Positions 1 through 10,254 are shown, counted from the first letter of the whole stretch. The stretch: DNA of 61,006 nt, filler included, from 5 parts of 5 records of this genome joined end to end with filler, not necessarily neighbours in it, one strand, 5' to 3'. Notes: generated from the letters alone by a model not told the origin. Numbers and translations: made by a program.

Positions 1-1
1 C

Positions 2-364
2 GTCACCGAATGCCAGATGGTCAACCAGTTCAAGGGCTCGGCGAAAGTGCCCCCGCAATTTACCCGCGGCTATGGCCTGACCTTCGGCCATTGCGAACGC
101 AAGGCGATGTCCATGGCGCTGGTCGACCGCGCTCTCAGAGCGAAGGAGTTCGGTGAAGAGATCACCGCTCCCGCCCAGGACGAGGAGTTCGTCCTCTATC
201 ACTCCGACAATGTCGAGGCTTCCGGCTTCGTACAGCACCTGAAACTGCCGCACTACGTCGACTTCCAGGGCGAACTCGTGACCGTGCGCGAGTTGCGCAA
301 GGAGATCGAGGCCCGCGAGGCGGCGGAAAACACCGATGACGACGAACTGGCCGCGGCCGAGTAG
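2..364 (+). CDS. phnI: C-P lyase complex subunit PhnI, 3' part (truncated by window edge)
   Basis: C-terminal motifs GYGLTFGHCERKAMSMA and HSDNVEASGFVQHLKLPHYVDFQ; directly upstream of phnJ. Confidence 0.95.
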   Translation, partial: VTECQMVNQFKGSAKVPPQFTRGYGLTFGHCERKAMSMALVDRALRAKEFGEEITAPAQDEEFVLYHSDNVEASGFVQHLKLPHYVDFQGELVTVRELRKEIEAREAAENTDDDELAAAE

Positions 365-374
365 GACGAGACTC

Positions 375-1322
375 ATGAGCATGACGCAAGAAGCGCAGCC
401 TTGGCAGACGCCGGAGCACGACAAACCGGTCGAACAGGTCGAAGGCTATAATTTCGCCTATCTGGACGAGCAGACGAAACGGATGATCCGCCGGGCGATC
501 CTGAAGGGCGTCTCCATCCCAGGGTATCAGGTGCCGTTCGGCAGTCGGGAAATGCCGCTGCCTTATGGCTGGGGCACCGGCGGCATGCAGGTGACCGCTG
601 CGGTGATCGGCGAAGATGACACCCTGAAGGTCATCGACCAGGGCGCGGACGACACCACGAACGCCGTCAATATCCGGCGTTTCTTCGCCAAGACCGCAGG
701 CGTGGCGACAACCGAGAAGACGGCGGACGCAAGCCTGATCCAGACCCGGCACCGGATTCCCGAAAAGCCGCTGACCGACGATCAAATCCTGATCTATCAG
801 GTACCGATCCCCGAGCCGCTGCGCTGGGTCGAGCCACGCGAGACCGAGACCCGGAAAATGCATGCGCTTGAGGAATATGGCGTCATGCATGTCAGCCTCT
901 ATGAGAGCATCGCCCGCTTCGGCCGCATCACGACGGCCTATAACTACCCGGTGCAGGTAAACGGCCGCTATATCATGGCGCCGAGTCCGATCCCGAAATT
1001 CGACAACCCGAAGATGCACCAGATGGCCGCGCTCCAGCTTTTCGGCGCCGGCCGCGAGAAACGCATCTATGCGGTCCCTCCCTATACGGACGTGAAGAGC
1101 CTCGATTTCGAGGATCACCCCTTCACCATTCAATCCTGGGAAGAGAACTGCGCGCTCTGCGGAGCCGAAGACAGCTATCTCGACGAGGTCATCACCGACG
1201 ATGCTGGCGGCAAGATGTATGTCTGCTCCGACAGCGACTATTGCGCCGAACGCCGCGAGGCCGGCCATGTCGGCGATCAAGGCGAACCACAAAACCCCGA
1301 AAAGAAGGGAGCCGCCAAATGA
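375..1322 (+). CDS. phnJ: alpha-D-ribose 1-methylphosphonate 5-phosphate C-P lyase PhnJ
   Basis: GYNFAYLDEQTKRMIRRA, EMPLPYGWGTGG and C-terminal CxxC...CSDSDYC Fe-S cysteines; start set at ATG 375. Confidence 0.97.
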   Translation: MSMTQEAQPWQTPEHDKPVEQVEGYNFAYLDEQTKRMIRRAILKGVSIPGYQVPFGSREMPLPYGWGTGGMQVTAAVIGEDDTLKVIDQGADDTTNAVNIRRFFAKTAGVATTEKTADASLIQTRHRIPEKPLTDDQILIYQVPIPEPLRWVEPRETETRKMHALEEYGVMHVSLYESIARFGRITTAYNYPVQVNGRYIMAPSPIPKFDNPKMHQMAALQLFGAGREKRIYAVPPYTDVKSLDFEDHPFTIQSWEENCALCGAEDSYLDEVITDDAGGKMYVCSDSDYCAERREAGHVGDQGEPQNPEKKGAAK

Positions 1323-2107
1323 TGGCGCTGCGTGACAACGGACCTTTGCTTGAAGTCGAAGGCCTGACCCAGAAATATGGCCATCAGATCGGCTGCGAGG
1401 ACGTGGATTTCTCGCTCTATCCCGGCGAGGTGCTGGGGATCGTCGGTGAATCCGGTTCCGGCAAATCCACCTTGCTGCGTTGCGCCTCTGGGCTGATGCA
1501 GCCGACCGCCGGGACCGTCCGGTTCAACACGCGGGTTGATGGCCTGCAGGACATCTATGCTCTGTCGGAAGCCGAACGGCGCATGCTGATGCGGACCGAC
1601 TGGGGCATCATCTTCCAGAATGCCCGAGACGGGCTGCGGATGAATGTATCCGCCGGGGCCAATGTCGGTGAACGCCTGATGGCCGTCGGCGACCGTCATT
1701 ACGGCAACATCCGGGAGGTCTCCTCGGAATGGCTGGAAAAGGTCGAGATGGATCTCGGCCGGATGGACGACCTGCCCCGGACCTTCTCCGGCGGCATGCA
1801 ACAGCGCCTGCAGATTGCCCGCAACCTCGTCACCAAACCGCGCCTCGTCTTCATGGACGAGCCGACAAGCGGTCTCGATGTGTCCGTGCAGGCCCGTCTG
1901 CTGGATCTGGTGCGCGGCCTCGTCCGCCAGCTCGGCATCGCCTGCATCATCGTCACCCACGATCTCGGTGTGGTCCGGCTGCTGTCGGACCGGCTGATGG
2001 TGATGCGGCGCGGCCGGGTCGTCGAACAGGGCCTGACCGATCAGGTGCTGGACGATCCGCAGCACGCCTATACCCAGCTTCTCGTCTCCTCGATCCTGCC
2101 GGTGTAA
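1319..2107 (+). CDS. phnK: C-P lyase system ABC-ATPase-like protein PhnK
   Basis: Walker A GESGSGKS, FSGGMQQRLQIARNL, LDVSVQARLLDL; ATGA overlap with phnJ stop. Confidence 0.95.
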   Translation: MMALRDNGPLLEVEGLTQKYGHQIGCEDVDFSLYPGEVLGIVGESGSGKSTLLRCASGLMQPTAGTVRFNTRVDGLQDIYALSEAERRMLMRTDWGIIFQNARDGLRMNVSAGANVGERLMAVGDRHYGNIREVSSEWLEKVEMDLGRMDDLPRTFSGGMQQRLQIARNLVTKPRLVFMDEPTSGLDVSVQARLLDLVRGLVRQLGIACIIVTHDLGVVRLLSDRLMVMRRGRVVEQGLTDQVLDDPQHAYTQLLVSSILPV

Positions 2108-2823
2108 TGACCATGAACGATAAAAACCAAGACATGATCCGCGTCGACAGCCTGATGAAGAGCTTCACGCTGCATAATCAGGGCGGCGTCACCCTTCCCG
2201 TGCTGGAAGACGTTTCCTTCACCGTCGCACAAGGCGAATGCGTCATCCTCGCCGGGCAATCCGGAGCCGGTAAATCGACCCTGCTCCGCTCGCTCTATGC
2301 CAACTACCTGCCGCAAGCGGGGCAAGTGCTGATCCGGCGTGACGGAGAGATGGTCGATCTGGTCAGTGCCGCACCCCATGTCGTGCTCGACATCCGGGCC
2401 CGGACACTCGGCTATGTCAGCCAGTTCCTGCGCGTTATCCCGCGCGTGGGCACGCTTGATCTCGTGGCCGATTCCCTGCTCGCCCGCGGCATCAACGAAG
2501 TCGCCGCCCGCGAGAAAGCCGCAACATTGCTGGCACGTTTGCGGATACCGGAAAGCCTCTGGTCCCTGCCGCCCGCGACCTTCTCCGGCGGAGAGCAACA
2601 GCGCGTGAACATCGCCATGACGCTCGTTCAGGATTACCCCGTGCTCCTGCTCGATGAGCCGACAGCCTCCCTCGACGCGGAAAACCGTCAAACAGTCGTG
2701 GACCTGATCAACGAAGCACGGCAAAACGGGTCCGCCATTGTCGGTATTTTCCACGATCAGGCCGTTCGCGAGGCGGTCGGCACCCGGACATACGAACTTC
2801 AACCTGCGAGGAGCGCGGCGTGA
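2107..2823 (+). CDS. phnL: C-P lyase system protein PhnL
   Basis: KSFTLHNQGG, GQSGAGKST, GYVSQFLRVIPRV, PATFSGGEQQRVNIA; TAATG coupling to phnK. Confidence 0.95.
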   Translation: MTMNDKNQDMIRVDSLMKSFTLHNQGGVTLPVLEDVSFTVAQGECVILAGQSGAGKSTLLRSLYANYLPQAGQVLIRRDGEMVDLVSAAPHVVLDIRARTLGYVSQFLRVIPRVGTLDLVADSLLARGINEVAAREKAATLLARLRIPESLWSLPPATFSGGEQQRVNIAMTLVQDYPVLLLDEPTASLDAENRQTVVDLINEARQNGSAIVGIFHDQAVREAVGTRTYELQPARSAA

Positions 2824-3977
2824 GCACGAGCGAGGCCCCCGATGCCATTCTGACCAATGCACGGATCATTCTGGCCGATGGTGAAGTGCATGGCACCGTT
2901 ACTGTCCGGAATGGCAAGATCGAGGATATTTCAGAAGGACGCACAGCCGCGCCCGGCGCGGTGGATTTCGATGGCGACTATCTGATCGCCGGTCTGGTTG
3001 AGCTGCACACGGACAATCTCGAAAAGCACCTGATCCCGCGCCCGAAAGTCCATTGGCCGGTCATGTCCGCCCTCTTGGCGCATGACGCGCAGGTCACGGC
3101 GGCGGGTATCACGACGGTGCTTGACGCGGTTGCCGTCGGCGGCACCCTGCGGGACGATGCACGCGACAAGATCCTGATGGAATCCGCCAATGCCATCCGC
3201 GAGGCCAGCGAGCATGACATGCTGCGGGCCAGCCACTTCCTGCACATGCGCTGCGAGGTTGGCAACCCGAACGCGCTTACCCTGTTCGAGCCGTTCAAGG
3301 AAGATTCGCTGGTCAAGCTGGTATCCTTGATGGATCACACGCCCGGCCAGCGCCAGTTCGTCGATCTCAGCAAGCTGAAGATCTACTACACCGGCAAGCA
3401 TGCCATGAGCGACGCCGAATTCGACGCCATGGTAGAGGAGCGCAAAAAGAACCAGGTGCTGTATTCCGACAAGCACCGGCAAACCATCGCCGCTGCCTGC
3501 CGGGATATGGGCGTGGTCATCGCCAGCCATGACGATGCCACGGTCGATCATGTGGACGAGGCGCACGCGCTGGGCCTGACCATCAGCGAATTCCCGACCA
3601 CGATGGAAGCGGCGCATCATGCCCGCAAGAAAGGCCTCGCCAATATCATGGGCGGGCCGAACGTGGTCCGTGGCGGCTCCCATTCGGGCAATGTCTCGGC
3701 CGGTGAGCTCGCGGAAGCCGGCGTGCTGGACGCGCTTTCCTCCGACTATGTCCCGGCCAGCATGCTGCACGGCGCCTTCATGCTGCATGAAAAGCACGGC
3801 CTGCCCCTGCCAAAAGCACTGGCGACGGTCACGGCCAACCCGGCCCGCATGGTCGGACTGGACGATCGCGGGGAAATCCTTCCCGGCAAACGGGCCGATC
3901 TGATCCGGGTCCGCCGGGCCAAGGACGGCACGCCGGTGGTCCGCAAGGTCATGCGGGCGGGGACGCGGGTCACCTGA
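2820..3977 (+). CDS. phnM: alpha-D-ribose 1-methylphosphonate 5-triphosphate diphosphatase PhnM
   Basis: [47 protein letters not shown] amidohydrolase motifs. Confidence 0.96.
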   Translation: MSTSEAPDAILTNARIILADGEVHGTVTVRNGKIEDISEGRTAAPGAVDFDGDYLIAGLVELHTDNLEKHLIPRPKVHWPVMSALLAHDAQVTAAGITTVLDAVAVGGTLRDDARDKILMESANAIREASEHDMLRASHFLHMRCEVGNPNALTLFEPFKEDSLVKLVSLMDHTPGQRQFVDLSKLKIYYTGKHAMSDAEFDAMVEERKKNQVLYSDKHRQTIAAACRDMGVVIASHDDATVDHVDEAHALGLTISEFPTTMEAAHHARKKGLANIMGGPNVVRGGSHSGNVSAGELAEAGVLDALSSDYVPASMLHGAFMLHEKHGLPLPKALATVTANPARMVGLDDRGEILPGKRADLIRVRRAKDGTPVVRKVMRAGTRVT

Positions 3978-4014
3978 CGCAGTTGCTTTAGCAGAAAGAC
4001 GGAAAGTTCAGTTC

Positions 4015-4629
4015 ATGGGACAGAAACAGCTCTCCTCCATGCCGACGGTGCATGAAACCGCTCAGGTTCGGGATTCCGAGCTTGGAGCCTGGACTGAGGT
4101 CGGTGCCCGCACCTCCGTCATCGAAACCGAGATGGGCGACTATTCCTACGTGGTGAATGACAGCGACATCATTTACGCGACGATAGGAAAATTCTGCTCA
4201 ATCGCATCCCATACGCGTATCAATCCCGGAAATCATCCAAGCACACGCGCCTCCCAGCATCATTTTCTCTACCGTGCTGCGGCTTATGGGCTTGGAGACG
4301 ATGACGAGGCGTTTTTCGACTGGCGCCGCCAGCACCATTGCACCATCGGGCACGATGTCTGGATCGGCCATGGCGCGACCGTGCTTGCCGGCGTGAATGT
4401 CGGCACCGGCGCCGTTGTCGCGGCAGGAGCCGTGGTCAGCAAGGATGTTGCGCCTTATACAATCGTTGGCGGTGTCCCCTCGAAAGAGATCAAGCGCCGG
4501 GTGGACGAGGATACAGCCAAAGGCCTGCTGGAACTGGCCTGGTGGGACTGGCCGCACGCGCTGCTTAAAGAACGGATGGGCGACTTCCGTGCCCTGCCGG
4601 CAGCGGAGTTCCTGGCAAAGTATCGGTAA
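4015..4629 (+). CDS. phosphonate-operon hexapeptide-repeat acetyltransferase (Xat/CatB-like)
   Basis: [35 protein letters not shown]; this family is often found in alphaproteobacterial phn clusters. Confidence 0.88.
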   Translation: MGQKQLSSMPTVHETAQVRDSELGAWTEVGARTSVIETEMGDYSYVVNDSDIIYATIGKFCSIASHTRINPGNHPSTRASQHHFLYRAAAYGLGDDDEAFFDWRRQHHCTIGHDVWIGHGATVLAGVNVGTGAVVAAGAVVSKDVAPYTIVGGVPSKEIKRRVDEDTAKGLLELAWWDWPHALLKERMGDFRALPAAEFLAKYR

Positions 4630-4666
4630 GCACCTATCGAAATATCGGATTTAGCCGATATTTCAC

Positions 4667-5224
4667 CTATTGCGCGAATAGAGCCGTAAAGGCAGAGACA
4701 GACTCTTCAAGCGGCCGGTCGTTGATGAAATTGATCACGCCCGGCCCTTCCAGCGTGAAGGCCTCGGCCCGCTCCAGACGCTTCTGGATATCGGCCTCGC
4801 TCTCCCGGCCCCGCCCCCGGAGGCGGCTTTCCAGCACCGCGCGCGGCACCGTGATATTCACCACGCGCACATCCGGAAACATCTCGCGCGCCGTGCCGAT
4901 CAGTGCGCGCGACACATTCACGATGACATGCCGCCCCGCAGCCAGCTCCGCTTCGATCATCTTCGGAATGCCGTAGCGCAGATCATGGGCCTGCCAGCTC
5001 AGGCAATAACCGCCCTCTTCCAGCGTTGCTTCGAATTCCTCGACCGATACCGGATTATGGTCCTCGCCCCCCGCATCCGCCGGACGCGTGATGTCCCGGC
5101 GCACGAAATAATGGGCAGGGCTATCCGCCAAAGCGACCTTGGCCCCGTCCAGAAGACTGTCCTTGCCCGCACCCGACGGCCCAACGATGAGCCAGAGCGT
5201 GCCGGTGGTGGAATGAGGGGTCAT
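4667..5224 (-). CDS. phnN: ribose 1,5-bisphosphate phosphokinase PhnN
   Basis: VGPSGAGKDSLL, RDITRP, SWQAHDLRYGIP, NVSRA, RGRES motifs; next to phn operon. Confidence 0.92.
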   Translation of the reverse strand: MTPHSTTGTLWLIVGPSGAGKDSLLDGAKVALADSPAHYFVRRDITRPADAGGEDHNPVSVEEFEATLEEGGYCLSWQAHDLRYGIPKMIEAELAAGRHVIVNVSRALIGTAREMFPDVRVVNITVPRAVLESRLRGRGRESEADIQKRLERAEAFTLEGPGVINFINDRPLEESVSAFTALFAQ

Positions 5225-5416
5225 GCGGGGAACTCACGTGGTAAGGAAGAGGTATTTCTAGCCCTTCCAGCCCGGTGTGGCGAGGCTCAAGGGCGCATTT
5301 TTCAGGCATGTCACAGATGCTTCACATGCGGGGCAGAGATCCCACCGGATAGTTTGGCGCAATATCCAGGCGACTTGTTCGCATTAGGCACTTTCCAGCC
5401 ACACGCGTGCTGACTA

Positions 5417-6469
5417 ATGTCCGCACCCATGACACAGGACCTTACCTATCTGCTCGGAGATACGCGGCCCGAAGACGGCGCTCTCCTTGAAGTGGCGCCG
5501 GGCGTGCACTGGCTCCGCCTGCCGCTGCCTTTCGCCCTCAATCACGTCAATCTCTACCTGCTGGAAGACGATGCCGGCTGGGTGATTGTCGATTGCGGCC
5601 TCAACTCGGAAGCGTGCCGGGCCGCCTGGACGAAAATCCTGAAGGACGTGATCGGGAATGATCCTGTGCAGGCCATCATCGGCACGCATTTTCACCCGGA
5701 CCATGTCGGCCTCGCGGGCTGGCTGCAGGAACAGACCGGCGCCCCGCTCTGGATGAGCAGGACGGAATGGCTGAATGCCCGGGCCTATTATCTCGACACG
5801 TCCGAGGATTTCGTCGACCAGATGGTCGGCTTCTACGGACGGCTTGGCCTTGGCGCGGATATCAACGGCGAGATGCGCAAGATCGGCAACGAATACCGCA
5901 AGCTGGTCTCGCCCGTCCCGCCTGCCTTCAACCGCATCGGCCCGGAGACGACATTCGACATTGGCGGCCGCACCTGGCGCCCCTATTTCGGCGCCGGCCA
6001 CTCGCCGGACCATGTCTGCCTGTTTTCGGAAGCCGACAGTCTGATGCTCGGCGGCGATCTGCTGCTGCCCCGGATCACCCCGATCATCGCCGTCTGGTGG
6101 ACGGAGCCGGACGCCAATCCGTTGCAGGATTTCTTCACCTTCCTCGACAGTATGAAGGGCGGAAAAGACGAAATCCTCGTCCTGCCGGGGCATGACGGCC
6201 CCTATCGCGGCATCAATTTCCGGATCGACGCCCTGCGCAGCCACCATGACGCTCGGCTCGAGGAAACCATCGCTGCCTGCGACCGCCCGGCCTCCGCCGC
6301 CGAGGTGATGAAAACCCTCTTCACCCGCGAGCTCGACCTGCACCAGACCCGCTTTGCCGTCGGCGAGGCGCTGGCCCACCTGCATTTGCTCATAGAAGAC
6401 GGACAGATCACGCGGGAGCTGTCTGAGAACGGGACTTACCGGTACGGCCGCGCCGCGCCTAGGCCGTGA
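5417..6469 (+). CDS. MBL-fold metallo-hydrolase
   Basis: THFHPDHVG metal motif, GHSPDH, PGH; N-terminal LPLPFALNHVN. Confidence 0.9.
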   Translation: MSAPMTQDLTYLLGDTRPEDGALLEVAPGVHWLRLPLPFALNHVNLYLLEDDAGWVIVDCGLNSEACRAAWTKILKDVIGNDPVQAIIGTHFHPDHVGLAGWLQEQTGAPLWMSRTEWLNARAYYLDTSEDFVDQMVGFYGRLGLGADINGEMRKIGNEYRKLVSPVPPAFNRIGPETTFDIGGRTWRPYFGAGHSPDHVCLFSEADSLMLGGDLLLPRITPIIAVWWTEPDANPLQDFFTFLDSMKGGKDEILVLPGHDGPYRGINFRIDALRSHHDARLEETIAACDRPASAAEVMKTLFTRELDLHQTRFAVGEALAHLHLLIEDGQITRELSENGTYRYGRAAPRP

Positions 6470-6530
6470 CCTTATAAACGCCCTGCCAAAGCCGGAGTGC
6501 CGCGCATTTGACGATGGCGAGGACGTGAGT

Positions 6531-6562
6531 GGTGTGTTTTCCATTGGAACGTGAAACACACC
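6531..6562. terminator. hairpin downstream of MBL hydrolase (possible terminator)
   Basis: GGTGTGTTT-N14-AAACACACC inverted repeat between convergent transcription units; no clear U tract. Confidence 0.3.
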
Positions 6563-6784
6563 GCGGTGCCGAAGATCAATGTCTGCTTAACCTCCAGCTG
6601 AGGTGAACCAGCCCACAAGGAGGAAAGGCCATTTATGACCCCTTGCGGTCATTGATGTCCGTTTATCTCTATTAGGTAACGCGCATCTACTGATACGAAA
6701 AAACGATCCCTATCATTCAGTAACGTTGGGTTACAGATTGATAAGGAAGATGGAATCAGGATCACATTTATTCATAAGTAAAAA

Positions 6785-7231
6785 TTAAGAACACATAATG
6801 CAATCCTTGAGAAATAAATCTCTTAGTTCGCTCCTGTATTTTTTGACTATTGATTTGCTTAAATTGGCCTCAAATACTCGTATTTGACAATGACGATCAT
6901 TATCTACTACTGGCGTTCTCTCGACGATAAATATCTGATTTCCATTTTCATTTATTTCTTGAATGGATTGCACTAAAGCTCGCAGCGCAACGCGCGGATC
7001 TTGTTTTGTTGTGGTACTTCTATCTCCAGCAAATTTTACTACCAATTCGCATATTTCTGCGCTGGTTAGACCGGTAACATCGTCAACTGAAAGCCCCCCA
7101 CGGCTCTCATTCAAAAAATCCTGAGAGGGGAATGCTTCTGGCGTTGGTTTACCTGACTCATCATCCCAGGAATGAGGGCTAGTCAGTTTTCTCGCGACTT
7201 TACTTGAGTCATCCAAAATGGGAGGTGACAT
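6785..7231 (-). CDS. hypothetical protein, putative ADP-ribosyltransferase-like fold (candidate toxin)
   Basis: 148-aa ORF, last of AT-rich operon; VAR...P.AF...GLSVD...D.HCQI pattern resembles ART-fold Arg and Ser strands (inference). Confidence 0.6.
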   Translation of the reverse strand: MSPPILDDSSKVARKLTSPHSWDDESGKPTPEAFPSQDFLNESRGGLSVDDVTGLTSAEICELVVKFAGDRSTTTKQDPRVALRALVQSIQEINENGNQIFIVERTPVVDNDRHCQIRVFEANLSKSIVKKYRSELRDLFLKDCIMCS

Positions 7232-7247
7232 ACAAAAACAATAGCCA

Positions 7248-7880
7248 TTACTTATTGAAAATTGCGTTCAGCGCGTCATAGAGATCCTTGGGTATGTCGG
7301 TTCCGTCGGATTTGGAGTCACCTAGCCATTCCGCATTCTTATTTCGAGCAAAGAAGCTAATTTCATCCTCACCCGAAAAAGTTACATCGATTAGGTAATT
7401 CTCACCTTCCCAATAATACCCCACATCGCCGCCGCCTCCGACTTGCACTCGCGGAACTGGAACAAAGCCGCCAAGAATTCGCAGCATTTTACATGCGTTA
7501 TTAATGGCCGACGCTGTAGGAGCAGATCCACCGTATCCGTCCCAATTTTCAGCTAAGCTAATAAAGCCCCGCAATTCAGACTCTAGTTTTTCAAGGCGAT
7601 GACTTCTCGAGTTTATGGAGCCGGCCTTGGCAAATCTCTCAACGACTACAACATGCCAATCCTCGCGAGCTGAGGAGGTGTCAGCAAGCGACCATTTCCG
7701 AAATGTGTAATCGATCGCTGGAATTGTATCCTCTTGAACCCATTCACCAGCGCTTTGCCCACGGTGACTTCCCGAGACGTCAGGGAAATACTCTGAGAGT
7801 ACGTCGTCAACAACTGGATCGGGTACGCTTTTGAGAGCGTAACCGCTGGGGTAGACCGTATCGGTCGTCCGGTAATTCAT
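7248..7880 (-). CDS. hypothetical protein with C-terminal LAENWDGYG motif domain
   Basis: 210-aa ORF overlapping upstream stop by 4 nt; polar N-half, folded-looking C-half (NWDGYGGSAP...GDVGYYW). Confidence 0.75.
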   Translation of the reverse strand: MNYRTTDTVYPSGYALKSVPDPVVDDVLSEYFPDVSGSHRGQSAGEWVQEDTIPAIDYTFRKWSLADTSSAREDWHVVVVERFAKAGSINSRSHRLEKLESELRGFISLAENWDGYGGSAPTASAINNACKMLRILGGFVPVPRVQVGGGGDVGYYWEGENYLIDVTFSGEDEISFFARNKNAEWLGDSKSDGTDIPKDLYDALNAIFNK

Positions 7881-8707
7881 TTGGAACCTCCAGCGAACAA
7901 GCTGATTTTCTCTATATGTGCGTCCTGCAGGATAGCAGCAAGAGTGACCTTGTTAACTTCACGACAATTAGGAACGACTTCATCAACCAAAGATAGCAGT
8001 TTTTTACCTGACTTAACTGGTTTTTCTAAGTCTGATCTCAAGAGGTTATCTATTTTCACAAAATGGGTAGCCTTGGCCGATTTCCCCACACCATCAGCAG
8101 TCGACGAGCAATCGATATGAAGGCGTTCTAATCGCTTTTCGATGCCGGTCGTTGCGGAGTGATTAAACCAACCTTGATGATTGTGCCACGGGGACGCGAG
8201 CGAATCTTTTGGCTTGAACGGAGGAAACGCATTTTCTTTCAGTAGATCATCATATTTGGGGGTAGATGATCCTCTCCATTCAAACACGTCGATATATTGA
8301 ACCGCTATTCGACTGACCAAATTTGAGGAGCCAATGCCCTTGGCTGCGACTTCGAGAGCTTCGCGTATGACGGGCCATACAGAAGTCCACCGAGTATAAC
8401 GCAAGCAGTGTACGGAAATCGTGTTGGCTCGCGCCCATAAGAGCCATTCGTCGTCGCCATTCTGTAGCACTCTTGCGAAGCGAATCTCAGGTAATTCACT
8501 TGCTTTAACCTTTGAGACTTGTGGCAGCCCTCCAGATATCGAAATCCGATGACTTGGAGCCATTGGAATTTGCATTGATGGAAAGTGCTCTTCAATTTTG
8601 GGGTGAATTTTTCGAAGTTTCCCAATGCTATCTTCTATGGGTTGAGAAAACTCCAGAAGAACAAGCATCTCGGCAAGAGCATTGGTTCCACGGATTGGCT
8701 GCCACAT
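7877..8707 (-). CDS. TIGR04255-family-like protein
   Basis: 276 aa; ALAEMLVLLEF, ISVHCLRYTRW, VSRIAVQYIDVF, KID pattern recognisable as this sporadic family. Confidence 0.7.
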   Translation of the reverse strand: MWQPIRGTNALAEMLVLLEFSQPIEDSIGKLRKIHPKIEEHFPSMQIPMAPSHRISISGGLPQVSKVKASELPEIRFARVLQNGDDEWLLWARANTISVHCLRYTRWTSVWPVIREALEVAAKGIGSSNLVSRIAVQYIDVFEWRGSSTPKYDDLLKENAFPPFKPKDSLASPWHNHQGWFNHSATTGIEKRLERLHIDCSSTADGVGKSAKATHFVKIDNLLRSDLEKPVKSGKKLLSLVDEVVPNCREVNKVTLAAILQDAHIEKISLFAGGSK

Positions 8708-9222
8708 TTAGAAAGCGCTCAATTATAAGATACAAACGGTTTTCTGCTCAGAACATATTTCTTAGATGCTGCGTAGCATACCATCTAGAGGCTGTACATC
8801 ACGAGTTGCTAACGCGGGTACGCCCATTAGAAGAGCGTTATTGCCGATTCAGGGGCTGGCTTGCGTGACGCTAATCGTTCGTTGGTAACGCCCGAATCGT
8901 AAGGCCGATACTTCAGCCGGAAATAACTATGTTGCCGTCCAGCTCACCGAAATTACTATCTAAATATAAGTACGATAGACCATTAGTTCAAGGTACATGA
9001 GTCGTGGGCATACATTACTGATTCGCATTTAACTAATTGATATAATTATCAAAATATTCACCTCATTATTGCTACCGATCATCCTCAGCTCCACCACTTC
9101 AGCTTCTGAAACTAGTGGAAAGACCGCTTCCCATCCATTTTTATCCTACGCAACCGAGTGACCGACTTCCGAGACTTTGCCGAAAGCGGCCATCAGCACG
9201 CCCCCGTTTAAGAACACACGCC

Positions 9223-10254
9223 CTAACCCGTCTGTTCGTTATGGACCACGCCGCTGATCAGGTTTTCCTGATAAAGCGCTGTCTCGTCGAGCCATGCCGC
9301 GGCCGGGCTTAGGGAGGAGATCAGCCGTTTAATCTCCTTTTCCTGCTCCCGACGCGCTTCTTCAGCCTCGGCAACGCTGACTTCCGCGAAGGACAGGGTA
9401 TCGCCCGGCTTCAGGCGGCCAAGACGGGGGATATCGGCGGAAATGACGGTGCCGATTTTCGGATAGCCGCCCGTGGTCTGGTGATCCGCCAGCAGGATGA
9501 TCGGCAGGCCGTTGCCGGGCACCTGGATGGCGCCAGTGACGATGCCGTCCGAGGTGATGTTGTAGCCGCGTGCGTGTTCCAGCGCCGGGCCTTCAAGGCG
9601 CATGCCCATCCGGTCTGCTTCCCGGCTGACGCTGTACTCATTGTTCAGGAACGCGGCGGCGCTCTCGTCGGTGAAATAATCCCGCTGCGGGCCGAACACG
9701 ACACGGACCGGGCCGCCGGCATCGAGATATCCGGGATTTTCCAGCCGGAGCTCACCCCGCGCGGGAACCGCGTTCATGCACAGAGGCAATTCATCCCCGT
9801 CTTTCAGTGCGCGCCCCTGAAACCCGCCGATCCGGGAGCGGCCATAGGTGGAGAGGCTGTCGAACACGGCGGGCAGATCGCATCCGCCTTCAATGCAGAG
9901 ATAGGCCGCACCGCTATCCGTCACCGGATTGACGGAGAGCCGGTGCCCGCGCTTCAGCGTGACGCTCTGGTAGGACGGCAGCGCGACGCGCTCCCCCGCC
10001 TCAACGACAATCCCCGCGCGGGTGCCGACCAGCGCGACGCGCACGCTTTCCGCCAGCACTTCAAGAACCGGTCCGATCAGCCGGAACTCGATGGCAGCCA
10101 TCCCGCCGTCATTTCCGACCAGCGCATTGCCGATCCGGAGCGAGACCGGGTCAAGCGCGCCGGACACGGGCACGCCCCTGTTCTGGAAGGCCGGGCGGCC
10201 GAAATCCTGCAGGGTCGGCGCGAAGCCGGCCTGGATCACCCTGAGCCCGCTCAT
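9223..10254 (-). CDS. pxpC: 5-oxoprolinase subunit C (allophanate hydrolase 2-like)
   Basis: TLQDFGR, GALD, DRMGMRL, GAIQVPGNGLPIILLADHQTTGGYPKI. Confidence 0.92.
   Translation of the reverse strand: MSGLRVIQAGFAPTLQDFGRPAFQNRGVPVSGALDPVSLRIGNALVGNDGGMAAIEFRLIGPVLEVLAESVRVALVGTRAGIVVEAGERVALPSYQSVTLKRGHRLSVNPVTDSGAAYLCIEGGCDLPAVFDSLSTYGRSRIGGFQGRALKDGDELPLCMNAVPARGELRLENPGYLDAGGPVRVVFGPQRDYFTDESAAAFLNNEYSVSREADRMGMRLEGPALEHARGYNITSDGIVTGAIQVPGNGLPIILLADHQTTGGYPKIGTVISADIPRLGRLKPGDTLSFAEVSVAEAEEARREQEKEIKRLISSLSPAAAWLDETALYQENLISGVVHNEQTG

Noticed and set aside
4015-4629. Chloramphenicol/streptogramin acetyltransferase resistance gene
   Set aside because: Context indicates the phn-associated hexapeptide transferase
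162-6559. Long antisense ORFs over phnJ, phnK, phnL, phnM and the MBL gene
   Set aside because: Shadow frames without recognisable motifs; sense genes are well supported
8512-8868. 118-aa plus-strand ORF in the AT-rich island
   Set aside because: Overlaps the TIGR04255-like gene antisense, with no motif or RBS support
6578-9195. Degenerate CGCTT...AAGCGG-like palindromes on both flanks of the AT-rich island as cassette recombination sites
   Set aside because: Similarity between the flanks is too weak to support by eye; needs alignment against genome-wide repeats
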